Assembly: GCA_964016885.1 (NCBI GenBank)
Contig: OZ024741.1
Coordinates: 189,224,001-189,288,000 of the forward strand
Direction: 5' to 3'
Length of the DNA stretch: 64,000 bases
Source of the DNA: Eledone cirrhosa
Lineage: Eukaryota
In this document: one piece after another, positions 1 through 11,706 of the stretch
How the letters are laid out: each line of letters starts with the position of its first letter
How positions within the stretch are numbered: the stretch's first letter is position 1
Made by a program: the position numbers and the translations under genes
The notes under the pieces: generated by a model
What the model was told of the DNA's origin: nothing
The model's input: only the letters and a program-made list of their open reading frames with translations
Databases searched by the model: none

Positions 1-146
1 TTGAAAATTTATTTGACCGATGGTTCCGCCGGACCTTCATCTATAAGTGTAGCAATTTCACCGAAATTTGAACGTACGGTTTAAGAGGAGATGTGTGCCG
101 AAGGTTTTAGTAGACAGACAGACAACCTCAGTTTTATATATATAGA
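1..146 (-). mobile_element. 5' end of a non-autonomous Helitron-like element (runs off the window start)
   Basis: Minus strand starts A|TCTATATATATAAAA followed by a (CTGT)n tract, the same terminal style as the Helitrons at 26490 and 43399. Confidence 0.55.
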
Positions 147-680
147 TGAGACCATTTTGTCAAAGATATAAATGTTGAAAGATATATTTAGCCTGAATTA
201 GTTATTGGTTATAAATCTAATAAAAGATATTAAAAAATGTTATTAAAAAATATTAAAAGTATTAAAAATTCTGGAAAATTTAAAAAAAAATTTCGGAAAA
301 TATTAAAAAAAATATTTTTAAAAATCCCTAAAAAATTTTTTTTAACATTTTTTAAAATTTTAAAATTATTAAAAAAATATTTTATAAGAGATAAGGAGAT
401 TTTTTTAAAAATAAGTAATTTTTTTAAAAATATATGAAATATTTTAGAAGTAAAATATAAAAATAAAAATGAAAAATTTAAGAAGTAAAAAATAAAAAAT
501 AAAAATAAAGAATTAAAAAACCTTAAATAATATTAAAATTAAAGTTAAAATTAAAAGTTAAAATTTAAACATTTAGGATCATATATGTATATAATTTAAG
601 AAAATTTAAAAAGTGAAATTATAACAAGTTGAATTATAGCAAACAATATATGGAAATAAGTAGAAATATTATAAGTGTAA

Positions 681-1080
681 TTATAATTTATATATAGTTC
701 TAAATGTTGAATTTAGGCGATGTTTACAAGAACAAAATAAATTCATACGTATATTAATAGAGTTCTTACATTTAAGTATGAAGAAAATTTCCTCAACACA
801 CAACTTGCAAAATCTAGATAAAGCTGTGTTGCGGTAGGCAGGTGCTTTTGAAATTATTTCCCAAGTTAAAGAATAGTCCATATTTTAGGATTTTAAGTTC
901 CATATCAGGTTTGATAGAGAAGTTGAAGATGTTTTACCAATATTATTAAACGAGCATTTGTGATTATTAAAACGAGTTTTAAAGTCTGTAGAAGTTGAAC
1001 CTACATAGTTAAATATATTATCACTGGTTTTCACTGTGCATTTATAGACCACATCCTTATCTAAGCACTTATTTTTTTTA
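681..1080 (-). pseudogene. Penelope-like element GIY-YIG endonuclease remnant
   Basis: KCLDKDVVYKCTV...YVGSTSTDFKTRFNNHKCSF...SLSNLIWNLK, then WEII...CKLCVEE...INIRMNLFCSCKH. This matches the PLE endonuclease C-terminal pattern; it is broken by a stop. Confidence 0.75.
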
Positions 1081-1089
1081 AATAAGTGC

Positions 1090-4000
1090 TTAGGGGCGTG
1101 CGTAGGGGCGATAAAAGGAGCCATAACCAAATGCTCGTCTCACACAAAGCCGGCCAGTCTACCGCGGCTGGTGGTTTTACCCTTCCAAGCGGTCGAAACC
1201 AACATAATAGAAAGAAGAACTTGATTCTTGGTGCATGGAATGTGTGCACCCTCATGGATAGGGAAACCTCCTTGAGGCCAGAGAGAAGAACTGCCCTCAT
1301 AGCGAGGGAATTAGCTCACTACCGGATCAACATAGCCGCCCTCAGCGAGACCAGACTCGCTGAAGAAGGATCAGCAGAACTGAAAGGAGGCTACACCTTC
1401 TTCTGGAAGGGCAATGCAAAGGACGAGGACAGACTCCATGGGGTAGGCCTGGCTACCAGACCTCCCAACACCTGTGAGTGAGCTGCTGATGAAGCTCCTT
1501 GACCCATCTCGGCATGTCACAGTCATCAGCGTGCACGCCCTCAGACTCACCAGCAGCGATGAAGCAAAGGACGCTTTCTACGGGGAACTCAACACACTTG
1601 TGAAGGGTGTCCCCCAAGCGACAAACTCATCCTACTGGGGGACTTCAATGCAAGAGTCGAGTCTGACAGCAGCAACTGGAGAGGCATACTGGGACCTCAC
1701 GGCACAGGGAAGCTGAACTCTAACGGCATTATACTGTTGAGTTTCTGTGCCGAGAACGACCTCACCATCTCCAGTACACTGTTCCGCCAGGCAGACAAGT
1801 TCAAGACGACATGGATGCACCCCAGATCCAAACTGTGGCATCTGATTGACTTTGTCATATGCCGTAGGAGGGACATCTATGACGTCAGAATCACCAGGGC
1901 GATGCGTGGTGTAGAGTGTTGGACTGACCATTGCCTTGTCAGGACCATCCTGTCATTGCACATCACCCCGACACATCGCAAGACTCCAAAAGTCTGTAGG
2001 CCAGCTTTCGACGTCGCATGACTCAAGCAGCCAGAGCATCGTGATGCGTTCGTGGAAGACCTGGACCGCTGGCTGACTGCCCATGGACCACTGACCGGAC
2101 ACCCAACTCAACAGTGGGACCAGTTCAGGTCGCTGGTGACAGAGTCAGCTAAGGCAACCAACGGGCCGAGGAGGAGAGTCCACCAGGACTGGTTTGATGA
2201 AAACGATGAGCGCATCAGACAACTCCTGGACGAGAAGAGAAGGGCTTTCATTGAGTGCCAGAATGACAGCTCCTCCACCTCGAAGCGTGACCACTTCAAG
2301 CACCTCCAGAGGCAGACCCAAGCAGCACTATGCAGAATGCAGGATGAGTGGTGGGAGAAGAAGGCCGAAGAAGTCGAGAAATACGCTGACACAAAGAACT
2401 CCCAGATGTTCTTCAGCGCCATCAGGGACATCTACGGACCCCCCCAAGCCTATCAGCACACCGCTGCTGTCTGCTGACGGCTCGACCCTGCTGAAGGAGA
2501 AGAGCAGCATCAACTCGAGGTGGAGAGAGCACTTAAGCAACCTGCTCAACAGGCCCTCCACTGTCGACCCTGCCGCCCTCGACCAGGTCCCACAGAAACC
2601 CATAGTCGGCTACCTCGACCCCCCCCCCCCACGTTGGATGAAGTCACGAAAGCAATCAACCAGACCAGCTCAGGAAAGGCCCCTGGGAAGACGGGATTCC
2701 TGCTGAGATCTTCAAGTTGGCCGGTCCAGCTGCCCTGAGGAACTTCCAGACCCTCCTCACCAGCATATGGGAGGAAGAAGAGGTGTCCAAAGACTTCAGG
2801 GATGCCACAGTTGTCTCGCTTTTTAAGAACAAAGGCAGCAAAACTGACTGTGGCAACTATCGGGGCATCTCTCTCCTGTCCATCGCTGGGAAGGTCCTGG
2901 CTTGGGTCATGCTCAACCGCCTCATTGCCAACATCTCGGAGGACAACCTGCCTGAGGCCCAGTGTAGGTTCCGCCCAAACCGCAGCACAATCGACATGAT
3001 CTTCTCTGTACGCCAGGTGCAGGAGAAGTGTGTCAAGCAGAACATGGACCTCTTTGCCGTCTTCATAGACTTGACAAAGGCCTTCGACACTGTTAGCAAG
3101 GAGGCCCTCTGGTCGATCCTATTGAAGTTTGGATGCCCAACAAAGTTCGTGAACCTGATACGGCAATTCCATGACGACACGGCCGGGCAGGTACGCTTGG
3201 GCGGAGAGGCATCAGAGTGGTTCGGAATCACCAACGGCATCAAGCAAGGATGTGTGCTGGCTCCCGTCCTCTTCAACCTGTTTTTCACCTGCGTGCTCAA
3301 TCATGCTGTCAGGGACCTCGAGCACGGGGTGTATCTGCGATGCAGACTGGATGGCTCCCTGTTTGACCTGCGGCGCCTGACAGCCAAGACAAGGACCGTG
3401 CAAAGGATCGTCCTGGAGGCACTTTTTGCTGATGACTGTGCCCTCATGGACCACAGGGAGTCTGACCTCCAAGTCATCGTCAACAAGTTTGCGGAGGCCT
3501 CCTGCGTCTTCGGTCTCACAATTAGCCTTAGCAAGACTGAGGTCTTGTTTCAGCCTGCAGCTGCCTCCGTCATCCACCCTCCTTCCATCTCCATCGGTGG
3601 CACACAGCTAAAGACGGTGGACAACTTCAAGTACATCGGCAGTGTCATCAGCAACAATGGAAGCCTCGACAAGGAGATAAACGCCAGGATCTCCAAGGCC
3701 AGTCAAGCCCTTGGCCACCTGAGGACACGTGTCCTGAACCAGCACAACATCAGGCAGTCCACCAAGCTCAAGGTGTACAGGGCTGTTGTTCTCACCAGCC
3801 TCCTCTATGGATGTGAGACATTGACCCTGTACAGAAGGCACCTGAAGCAGCTGGAACGATTCCACATGCGCAGCCTGCGGTCAATCATGAACATCAAATG
3901 GCAGGACTAGGTCTTCAACCTCGAAGTTCTTGACATGGCTGAGACAACCAGTGTCGAAGCTATGAATCTGAAGAGCCAGCTTCGATGGGTGGGACATGTC

Positions 4001-4405
4001 ATCCGGATGGACGATCACAGGCTTCCGAAGCAACTGATGTATGGGGAACTCTGTTCGGGGAAACGAAAGCGGGGCAGGCCTCTCAAGAGGTTCAAAGACT
4101 GCGTGAACTCCAGTATCAACAACACTGGAATCACCCCCAAAACAACTCAAGTCCCATGCTCAGGACAGGACTGAGTGGCGAGCCCTTACCAGACGCGCCA
4201 AGGACTCTTTTGAAGAGAAGAGACGGGCAGAGGTCACTGAGGCCTGTGAAAGGAGGAGAAAGGCAGCGACTCCGGTCTCTTCCCCTGCCCCCACTATCCC
4301 CGGACCTGCAAGTCAAGGATTGGCCTCCACAGCCACCTTCGTGCCCACAGCAGCCGGGAACAACAATGGAGAAGATGTCATCATCGTTTTTGATGCACAA
4401 CCAAG
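1090..4405 (+). mobile_element. Degraded near-full-length GC-rich RTE-clade LINE (APE, RT, C-terminal C2H2-like finger)
   Basis: APE motifs GAWNVCTL, ALSETR, TWMHPRSKLWHLIDF, WTDH; RT motifs NYRGISLL, DLTKAFD, KQGCVLAP, LFADD, FKYIGS; CPHYPRTC..HSHLRAH at ~4285-4348. Several frameshifts and stops. Confidence 0.93.
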
Positions 4406-4556
4406 ATATGTATGTGTATATATATATATGTACGTAGATGGATAGATACATACATACATACACACACAAACACACGCATATATCTAATTAGAAACGAATT
4501 GTAGCTAGGCTCAATATATATGTGAAATAAATGATTGGAAATAATTATATACTTAT

Positions 4557-4810
4557 AACTCAAAATACATAAACACACATGTACACACACACACACTGGT
4601 ATACATATTTGGTTATGTGTGTTTATGTGTTTTTCCGTAAGACAAATGTACGCATATATTCTTAATAAGTATATAATTATAAGTATATAATTATATAGTT
4701 ATTAAGAATATATGCGTACATTTGTCTTACAGAAAAACACATAAACACACATAACAAAATATATATACCAGTGTGTGTGTGTGTACATGTGTGTTTATGT
4801 ATTTTGAGTT
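4557..4810. repeat. ~250-bp imperfect palindrome
   Basis: AACTCAAAATACATAAACACAC... mirrored by ...GTGTGTTTATGTATTTTGAGTT; centre ~4685. Confidence 0.85.
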
Positions 4811-5178
4811 GTAGATATTTATCTATTCCTATAGATATACATCTTGAAATGTATTTGAATGTGTAATATATTCATGCTTTTATATGAGCGTGTGTTTCTG
4901 TCTGTATGGCTGTGTGCATTAGCAGATTTAATCATGTCTAATATTCACTACGACTCTTATAAACTGTACATATACATACATGTATCAATTAAATGAACAT
5001 ATACAAATACTAATACATTCTAATGTATACAGACACACACACAGACACACATGATAAAATAGGAAAAGTGTATTAACACTGTGGATGTTATCTTGCATTA
5101 GAAGATAGATGAGACCAAGAAAAGAAAAAATAGGTAATAATTAGATAAAAGGCATGTATATATATACACACACTCATA

Positions 5179-5280
5179 CAGGGTACCCCACCAAAAATGT
5201 ATTCACATTTCAGCAGCATTCTAATAAATATTGCCTGTAAAGGTAATCAAAATGTGTATACATTTTTGGGGAACACCCTG
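5179..5280. mobile_element. Tc1/mariner-type MITE
   Basis: TA|CAGGGTACCCCACCAAAAATGTATTCACATTT ... AAATGTGTATACATTTTTGGGGAACACCCTG imperfect TIRs. Confidence 0.6.
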
Positions 5281-5295
5281 TGTATATATATATAT

Positions 5296-5782
5296 ATAAA
5301 TTCCGACCTCACATACTTACACCTCTCCAAGACAATGTCACTGGACCGAGATCTTTGGCGCTACACAGTAATACAGAAGACCTGCCTTGCCTAAGTACAA
5401 AGCAAAACCTACAGTCAGTAGGCACCTCTAACAAAAATACACCCCCGTCCCACCACCCCCACCTCATCCACACCACCCCTTTCGATGTAAAGTTATGTTG
5501 GTATCCAGTCCGAAATAAATGAGGTCGTGTAGGTGTCACGACAAAAAAAAACACACAGTCCACGCTGTAATGTGGCCATGTAGATAACATGGTAAAAACC
5601 TCCCAGTCCACACTGTAAACGTGGTTGGTGTTAGGAAGGGCATCCAGCCGTAGAAAACCCGCCAGACAGTCCTATGCGAGCAAGACAACCACTCTTGCCT
5701 CACGTGGGACAATTCCCGTCCAAATCCATGCAAGCGTGGAAGATGGACGTTAAACTATGATGATGATGATGATGATGATGAT
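5296..5782 (+). mobile_element. RTE family A 3' fragment
   Basis: INSDLTYLHLSKTMSLDRDLWR plus 3'UTR matching 57540-58030; (GAT)n tail. Confidence 0.85.
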
Positions 5783-5792
5783 ATATATATAT

Positions 5793-6231
5793 ATATGATG
5801 CCTGTGTGAGATGCGCGATGCTACATGGTAGTGAGACATGGGCAGCAACTGCAGAGGATATGCGACGGCTGGAGAGAAATGAAGCAAGCATGCTCCGTTG
5901 GATGTGCAATGTCAATGTGCATGAACGACCAACCATAGACAAGTTGAGAAAGAAACTGGGTAGAAGAGGGATAAGTTGTGGTATGCAGGAGAGAAGACTG
6001 AGATGGTATGGGCATGTGATGCGCATGGAGGATGACCGCTGGGTAAAGAAGTGCCAAGAAATCCCAGTAGAAGGAAGACACAGGAGAGGTAGACAACAAA
6101 AAACATGAGCTGAAACTCACGGAGGAGATAACGAAAAAGCGTGACAAGTGGAGAGATGCTGTGCTGAATGGGACCCATCCCACCCTTGCAAGCAGGGAAA
6201 AGCGGATGTAAAATGATGATGATGATGATGA
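5793..6231 (+). mobile_element. RTE family B 3' fragment
   Basis: AMLHGSETWA...RLRWYGHVMR; short tail ACCCTTGCAAGCAGGGAAAAGCGGATGTAAAA(TGA)n. Confidence 0.85.
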
Positions 6232-6304
6232 TATATGTATTACGTGTTCCAGCTGATAAGCTGAGGCCATGCTGGGGTACCATCATATATATATATAAAT
6301 TAAA

Positions 6305-6600
6305 TAGAATCGGAGTCAGTGTTGCAGCACACCTAGAAACTTTATTGGCATATTACAATTGTTTCAATATGGAGCAGCTCAGGGTACAATCATAATGACC
6401 GGTTCCCAACTCTTCTTTGACAGCTCCTCAAATATGTGAGTTTATATGTGCAAAGACATGAGCAAACATATAAACTCGCATAGCTGTGGAGATGTTGAAG
6501 AAGAGTCGGCCCCGGTTATTATAATTGTATCCTGGGCTGATCCATATTGTAATATGCCAATAAGAGTTTTACATATACTGCAACACTGATTTTGATTCTA
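6305..6600. repeat. Diverged inverted repeat containing degenerate hammerhead halves
   Basis: Arms CAGTGTTGCAG...TTATTGGCATATTACAAT / ATTGTAATATGCCAATAA...CTGCAACACTG. Minus strand 6436-6349 reads CATAT-TTGAGGA...GAAA-CAATTG-TA-ATATG. Confidence 0.7.
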
Positions 6601-6747
6601 CTTACTCTATTTACACACTGCACTCTACAGCCGTCTTAAGTCTGAAATACAACCCAACCTTAAATGAACCTCATAACAGCATTGAGTACTTTGAACAGCA
6701 CACTCTCTGTAACTCTAGTTACATACCTAACTGACACACACACACTA

Positions 6748-7878
6748 TATCATCACCATCATCATCATCTTCGTTTAACATCCATTTTCCACGCTAGCAT
6801 GGGTTAGACGGGAGTTGTCCCACTTGAGGCAAGGCTGGTCGAGTGACCGTGTCTCGCTCATATAGGACTATCTGGCAGGTTTTCTACGGCTGGATGCCCT
6901 TCCTAACACCAACCACATTTACAGTGTGGAACTGGGAACTTTTTACCGTGTTACCTACACGGCCACATTACAGCGTGGACTGTGTGTGTTTTTAGTCGTG
7001 ACACCTACACGATCTCGATCTCATTTTTTTGTGCTGTTGATGGGAGTGGAAGGATGGGGTAGGGGTAGTGGATTGGGGTGTATATTTGGTTAAGAGGTGC
7101 CTACTGACTGTAGGTTTCGCTTTGTACATAGGCAAGGCGGGTCTTCTGTATTGCTGCGTGGCGCCAAAGATCTTGGTCCAGAGACATTGTCTTAGAGAGA
7201 TGCAAGTGTGTAAGGTCGGAATTTATCAGATCGTCCCAGGTTTTTCTGGGTCTACCTACTCCGTAACTACCATCAATTTTGATCACCCTGCACTTTTTTA
7301 TGCAGCTGTCGTCTTTCATGCACATCACGTGACCATACCAACGTAGTCTTTTCTCAAGTAAACAGCATCTGATCCCTCTTATTCCTAATTTCTCACTTAG
7401 TTCATTTATGCTTTGCCGGTTACGTATATTACTATTACACATGCAACGGAGCATGCATGCTTCGTTCCTTTCCAGTCTACGCAGGTCCTCTGCACGTAAT
7501 GCCCATGTCTCACGGCCATGTAGCATTGCTGCTCGTATACAGGCATCATACAATCTGCCTTTCATTTTTAGAGAGAAACCTTTTGTGGCCAACAGCGGTA
7601 TAAGCTCTCTGAACTTTTTCCATCACGTTCTGACTCTGGCTACTGTACTTTCAGAACACCCTCCACCACTGCTGATTTCGTCACCCAGGTAACGGAAAGT
7701 GTCTACTATTTCTATAGAACCATCTGGGCAATAGAAGGAGCTAGTATCCTTTGGACACTTGCTACTTATTGCACCTGAGCATTGGCCACATATGAAGTCT
7801 ACGTTCTTAGATAGTTTACCTGTGATCCCACTACATCTTTTATGTACCCATACTTTGCATTTGGGACATAAAATGGAA
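6748..7878 (-). mobile_element. RTE family A 5'-truncated copy
   Basis: ORF 7101-7592 is homologous to the C-terminus of 54465-57635; 3'UTR and (GAT)n tail present. Confidence 0.9.
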
Positions 7879-7885
7879 TATATAT

Positions 7886-7952
<67 letters not shown>

Positions 7953-7964
7953 TAGAGAGAATTA

Positions 7965-8041
<77 letters not shown>

Positions 8042-8191
8042 CTGTCCTATTAATATTATAAGAACCCTTTCCAACTAAAGCTTCAAAGCTTCAGATTATT
8101 CAGGCACATTAATGAACCCATACAAGAATGGAAAAGTCTATAAGAAATGATGAAAATGAGATATATACATATTTACAAATCCATACACACA

Positions 8192-8222
<31 letters not shown>

Positions 8223-8230
<8 letters not shown>

Positions 8231-9077
8231 GACGTAAAATAAGAAAATATTTTTTTAAAAAAATTAAAAAAAAAATTTTTTTCTTACTTAAATTTTCACT
8301 CCAACTAATTAGTTTCTGCAATGGGAGTGAAAATTTAAGTAAGAAAAAAATTTTTTTTAAATTTTTTTAAAAAAATATTTTCTTATTTTACGTCCTTTAT
8401 ATTATTGTTCTGCATTCTCCTGCATTGAACCACCTAGGTACTATGACATAACCTGTGTATTTGCTGGCATGGGCGTGCATCTGTGCGCTTATGTTAGTTG
8501 ATATATTAAATTATCTATATTTATCTCCAAATCACTGATTTGTCGAGCAAACTTGTCAAAAGCACTTCTAAAAAAATTTTTTTTGGGGTGTTAGTAGGCG
8601 TCAGTCATCTTACCATCCCATTCCTTCTAACTAGCCTCTGTGTCACGTGATTGATTCTTTAGAATCGGCCATTTGACTTGAAGCAGTGAGAATTTCGGTA
8701 CATAGAATCCAGTCCTCGCAAGCTGTTCGATCTACCGAATTATTATTATTTTTATATGAGCCGCCAGTGTCCGCGCATTGCCTGGAGACTTAACTGAGAA
8801 TAGACTTCCTGATGACGCAGTGAATTCTCGACAGTTGGATTACATAACTGTCTTTATCCCATTGCAGAAACTAATTAGTTGGAGTGAAAATTTAAGTAAG
8901 AAAAAAATTTTTTTTAAATTTTTTTAAAAAAATATTTTCTTATTTTACGTCCTTTATATTATTGTTCTGCATTCTCCTGCATTGAACCACCTAGGTACTA
9001 TGACATAACCTGTGTATTTGCTGGCATGGGCGTGCATCTGTGCGCTTATGTTAGTTGATATATTAAATTATCTATAT
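8223..9077 (+). mobile_element. Non-coding hammerhead-bearing element (retrozyme / non-autonomous Penelope-like): 557-nt unit, 197-nt direct repeat, inverted 5' piece
   Basis: 8324-8520 repeats at 8881-9077 (offset 557); 8223-8326 is the inverse of ~8857-8959; (TA)n on both flanks. Confidence 0.8.
8804..8885 (+). ncRNA. Type I hammerhead ribozyme
   Basis: ACTTC-CTGATGA-[stem II GCAGTG/CATTGC with inner GACAGTT/AACTGTC]-GAAA-CTAATTAG-TT^GGAGT; stem III ACTAATTAGT is palindromic. Confidence 0.75.
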
Positions 9078-9278
9078 ATATATATATATATATTTATACA
9101 CACATACACACATATTTATATATATATAGAGATTTTGAGTTTATGTTGGTTGTATACCAACACCTCAGTATGCAGGCTGGAGCACTCGACGAAGTGCACA
9201 GGTTGGTTTGGTTACTCCGGAGTAGTGTAAAATAAAGTTAAATAAAAGTCAAATGATTAAAATTTAGCTTCGTTTATT

Positions 9279-9333
9279 ACTGCTATATATATTTCAGTGA
9301 CAGCCATCTTTGGCTGTGACCTCTTCAGGCAGT
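9279..9333 (-). ncRNA. Type I hammerhead ribozyme
   Basis: ACTGC-CTGAAGA-GGTCACAGCCA-AAGA-TGGCTGTCACT-GAAA-TATATA-TA^GCAGT. Confidence 0.8.
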
Positions 9334-9681
9334 TTGAATTAGTATGGTATAGACAAATACATATGTTGTTTAGGTGTATAATATTGTCAATACTCTGATA
9401 TGCCCAGTTCCTTGTTGGGTTGTTAATTCACTGAGGAACTGGAGTCATATATATATATATATATATTTATGTAATAGACAACACAATATAATTATTCTGT
9501 TAACCAAGGTTTTGTGAAGTTAGACGATTCTAACAGAAATCTTTATTATATTGTGTTGTTTATTACATAATTTATAGCTCTGTACTATACATAGAGCACA
9601 CTTCTTTCATTTACCTTTTCTACGGAAATACTGAACATATATTTATATGTGTGTGTGTGTGTGTATTTATAAATATATATA

Positions 9682-10902
9682 TCTTCATCATCATTTTACG
9701 TCCGCTTTTCCGAGCGTGGGACGAGCCCTCTTCATCACAGCATCACTCCATATCACGGTCCTTTGTCGTCTCCTCTCTGAGCTTCAGCGATCTGAGGTCA
9801 GCTCTCATCACCTCTGCCGATGTCTCACTACCATGCAGCATTGCGTATCTCACACAGGCATCATACAACTGACCTTTCGTTCATAGGAAGAAACCCTTCG
9901 TTGTCAACAGAGGAAGTAGCTCCCTAAACTTTTTCCGTCCAGCCCTTATTCTAGTTACTATGGCCTTGGAGCATCCTCCTCCTTTGCTAATTTAATCACC
10001 TGGATATCGGAAGCTGTCAACCACCTCTATAGATCCTACCTACACTTGAAAAATGTGTCTATTACTGACACATCTACTATCAGTTTTTCTTGAACATCTA
10101 CTACATACAAAGTTTTCCTTTCCTGTTAGTTTGCCTGCTATCTCACTACACCTCTTGTGTACCCAAGATTTGCATTGTGTACATTTTATAGAGTTTATGC
10201 CAACTCCTTTTCTACATATTGAGCATGGCAATTTCCCTGATGGAATCAGAGCTTTGTCCTCTTTCCTACTTATCAATACTTTAGTCTTTACTAGGTTCAC
10301 TCTCTGTCCCTCCGATTCCAACTGCTGTTTCCACAGCTGGAATTTATTCTCTAACTCCTCTACTTATTCTACTATAAGTACCAGATCGTTAACATAGAGA
10401 AGTTCCCATGACAGCCAGTCTTAAACTTCTCAGTTATGACTTGGAGAACTATAATGAACACAAGTGGGCTGAGGTCCGAACCCTGATGAACTCCTACTTG
10501 TATCTGGAATTCTTCACGAAACTCCATTCTTACACTCACTTTACTGACAGCACCTCTGTACATAGCTTGCACTGTCCTCACAAGCCATTCCTCAACACCT
10601 AGTTTCCTTAGGGACCACCAGATGCCAGATCTGGGTACTCTATCAAAGGCCTTCTCTAGGTCAACAAAAGATAAATATAGTGACGTATTCTTCTCTTAGA
10701 ACCTCTCTTGTAGTTGTCTCACTAAGAAGAGGGCATCTGTTGTACTTTTCCTGGTCACAAAATCAAACTGCATCTCATCTAATTTTACTTTTTCTCTAAT
10801 TAGTTGTGTTAGCACTCCTGTCACTTTCATAATCTGATCCATCAGTTTATGCCCCTATAATTGCTCCTCTCCAGAGCATCCCCTTCTCTTTTGTAACAAT
10901 TG
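9682..10902 (-). mobile_element. Degraded RTE family B fragment
   Basis: RT and PHD-like pieces: GVHQGSDLSPL, CSICRKGVGINSIKCTQCKSWVHKRC. Confidence 0.85.
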
Positions 10903-11254
10903 TGTTTATATGTGTGTGTATATATATATACATGTGGTGACATGGATAAAAAGCATCCGGTTCATACTGTAAAGTGGTTAGCATGAGGAAGGGTCTCCAG
11001 CCATAGAAACCAAGCCAAATTACAGATCCCTATGAGCAAGACATAATGTGACAATCCATCTGACCCATGCAAGCATGGAAAAATAGACATTAAATGATGA
11101 TAATAATGATTATGATGCTGAGATATATATATATATATATATATATTCATCAACAGCCGATCAACTTTCGTCAAACTGGACCGAGGAAACAGTGTTTCCA
11201 TTGGTCTTTCTAATTGCTAATACTATCTGTCGGTCGCAACTCCAGGTAGAAGGA

Positions 11255-11369
11255 ACAACATGAAATAAAGTGCCTTGCTCAAGGACATAACACATCACCC
11301 GGTCCGGGAATCGAACTCACAACCTCATCATTGCGAATCCAATTCTCTAACCACTCAGCCAGATGCCTT

Positions 11370-11372
<3 letters not shown>
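11255..11372 (-). mobile_element. tRNA-derived SINE head (family S1)
   Basis: Minus strand GGCTGAGTGG (A box) and GAGTTCGATTCC (B box), then CCTTGAGCAAGGCACTTTATTTCA. Confidence 0.7.
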
Positions 11373-11412
<40 letters not shown>

Positions 11413-11414
<2 letters not shown>

Positions 11415-11598
11415 TCTACTTTTGGCACAAGGCCAGCAATTAACCAGTACATTACTGGTAATTTATTTTATCGACCCCGTAACAATGAAAGGCAAAGTTA
11501 ACCTTGGCGGGATTTGAACTCAGACAATAAAGGGCCATAACTCTTTGCTGCAAAGCATGGCGTCCGACCCTCTACCGTTACTGCCAATCCACCCCCCT
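11413..11598 (-). mobile_element. Nin-domain-like SINE (family S2)
   Basis: Reverse complement of the 47274-47463 sequence, including the GCCTTTCAT...GGGGTCGATAAAATA core. Confidence 0.75.
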
Positions 11599-11645
11599 AT
11601 ATCAATAATAATAATAAATGGAAAATATCTTTATAAAACCATATT

Positions 11646-11706
11646 TATTTTATTATACGTATTTCAAGGGTACTAATATTTAAGTACGCTTTCGTCAGAT
11701 AAAATA
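11646..11706 (-). ncRNA. Type I hammerhead ribozyme
   Basis: TATTTTAT-CTGACGA-AAGCGTACT..AGTACCCTT-GAAA-TACGTA-TA^ATAAAATA; 8-bp stem I and palindromic stem III. Confidence 0.8.

Noticed and set aside
147-200. Hammerhead 3' part (TGA-GACCATTT..AAATGTT-GAAA) possibly split by the Helitron
   Set aside because: The 5' half lies outside the window and stem III is poor.
237-437. 66-aa K/F/I/L ORF
   Set aside because: Extremely AT-rich low-complexity DNA.
7799-8370. YIYIYI / CVCV ORFs (also at 12791, 19591, 32827, 46809, 59181)
   Set aside because: These are translations of (TA)n, (TG)n and (CT)n tracts.
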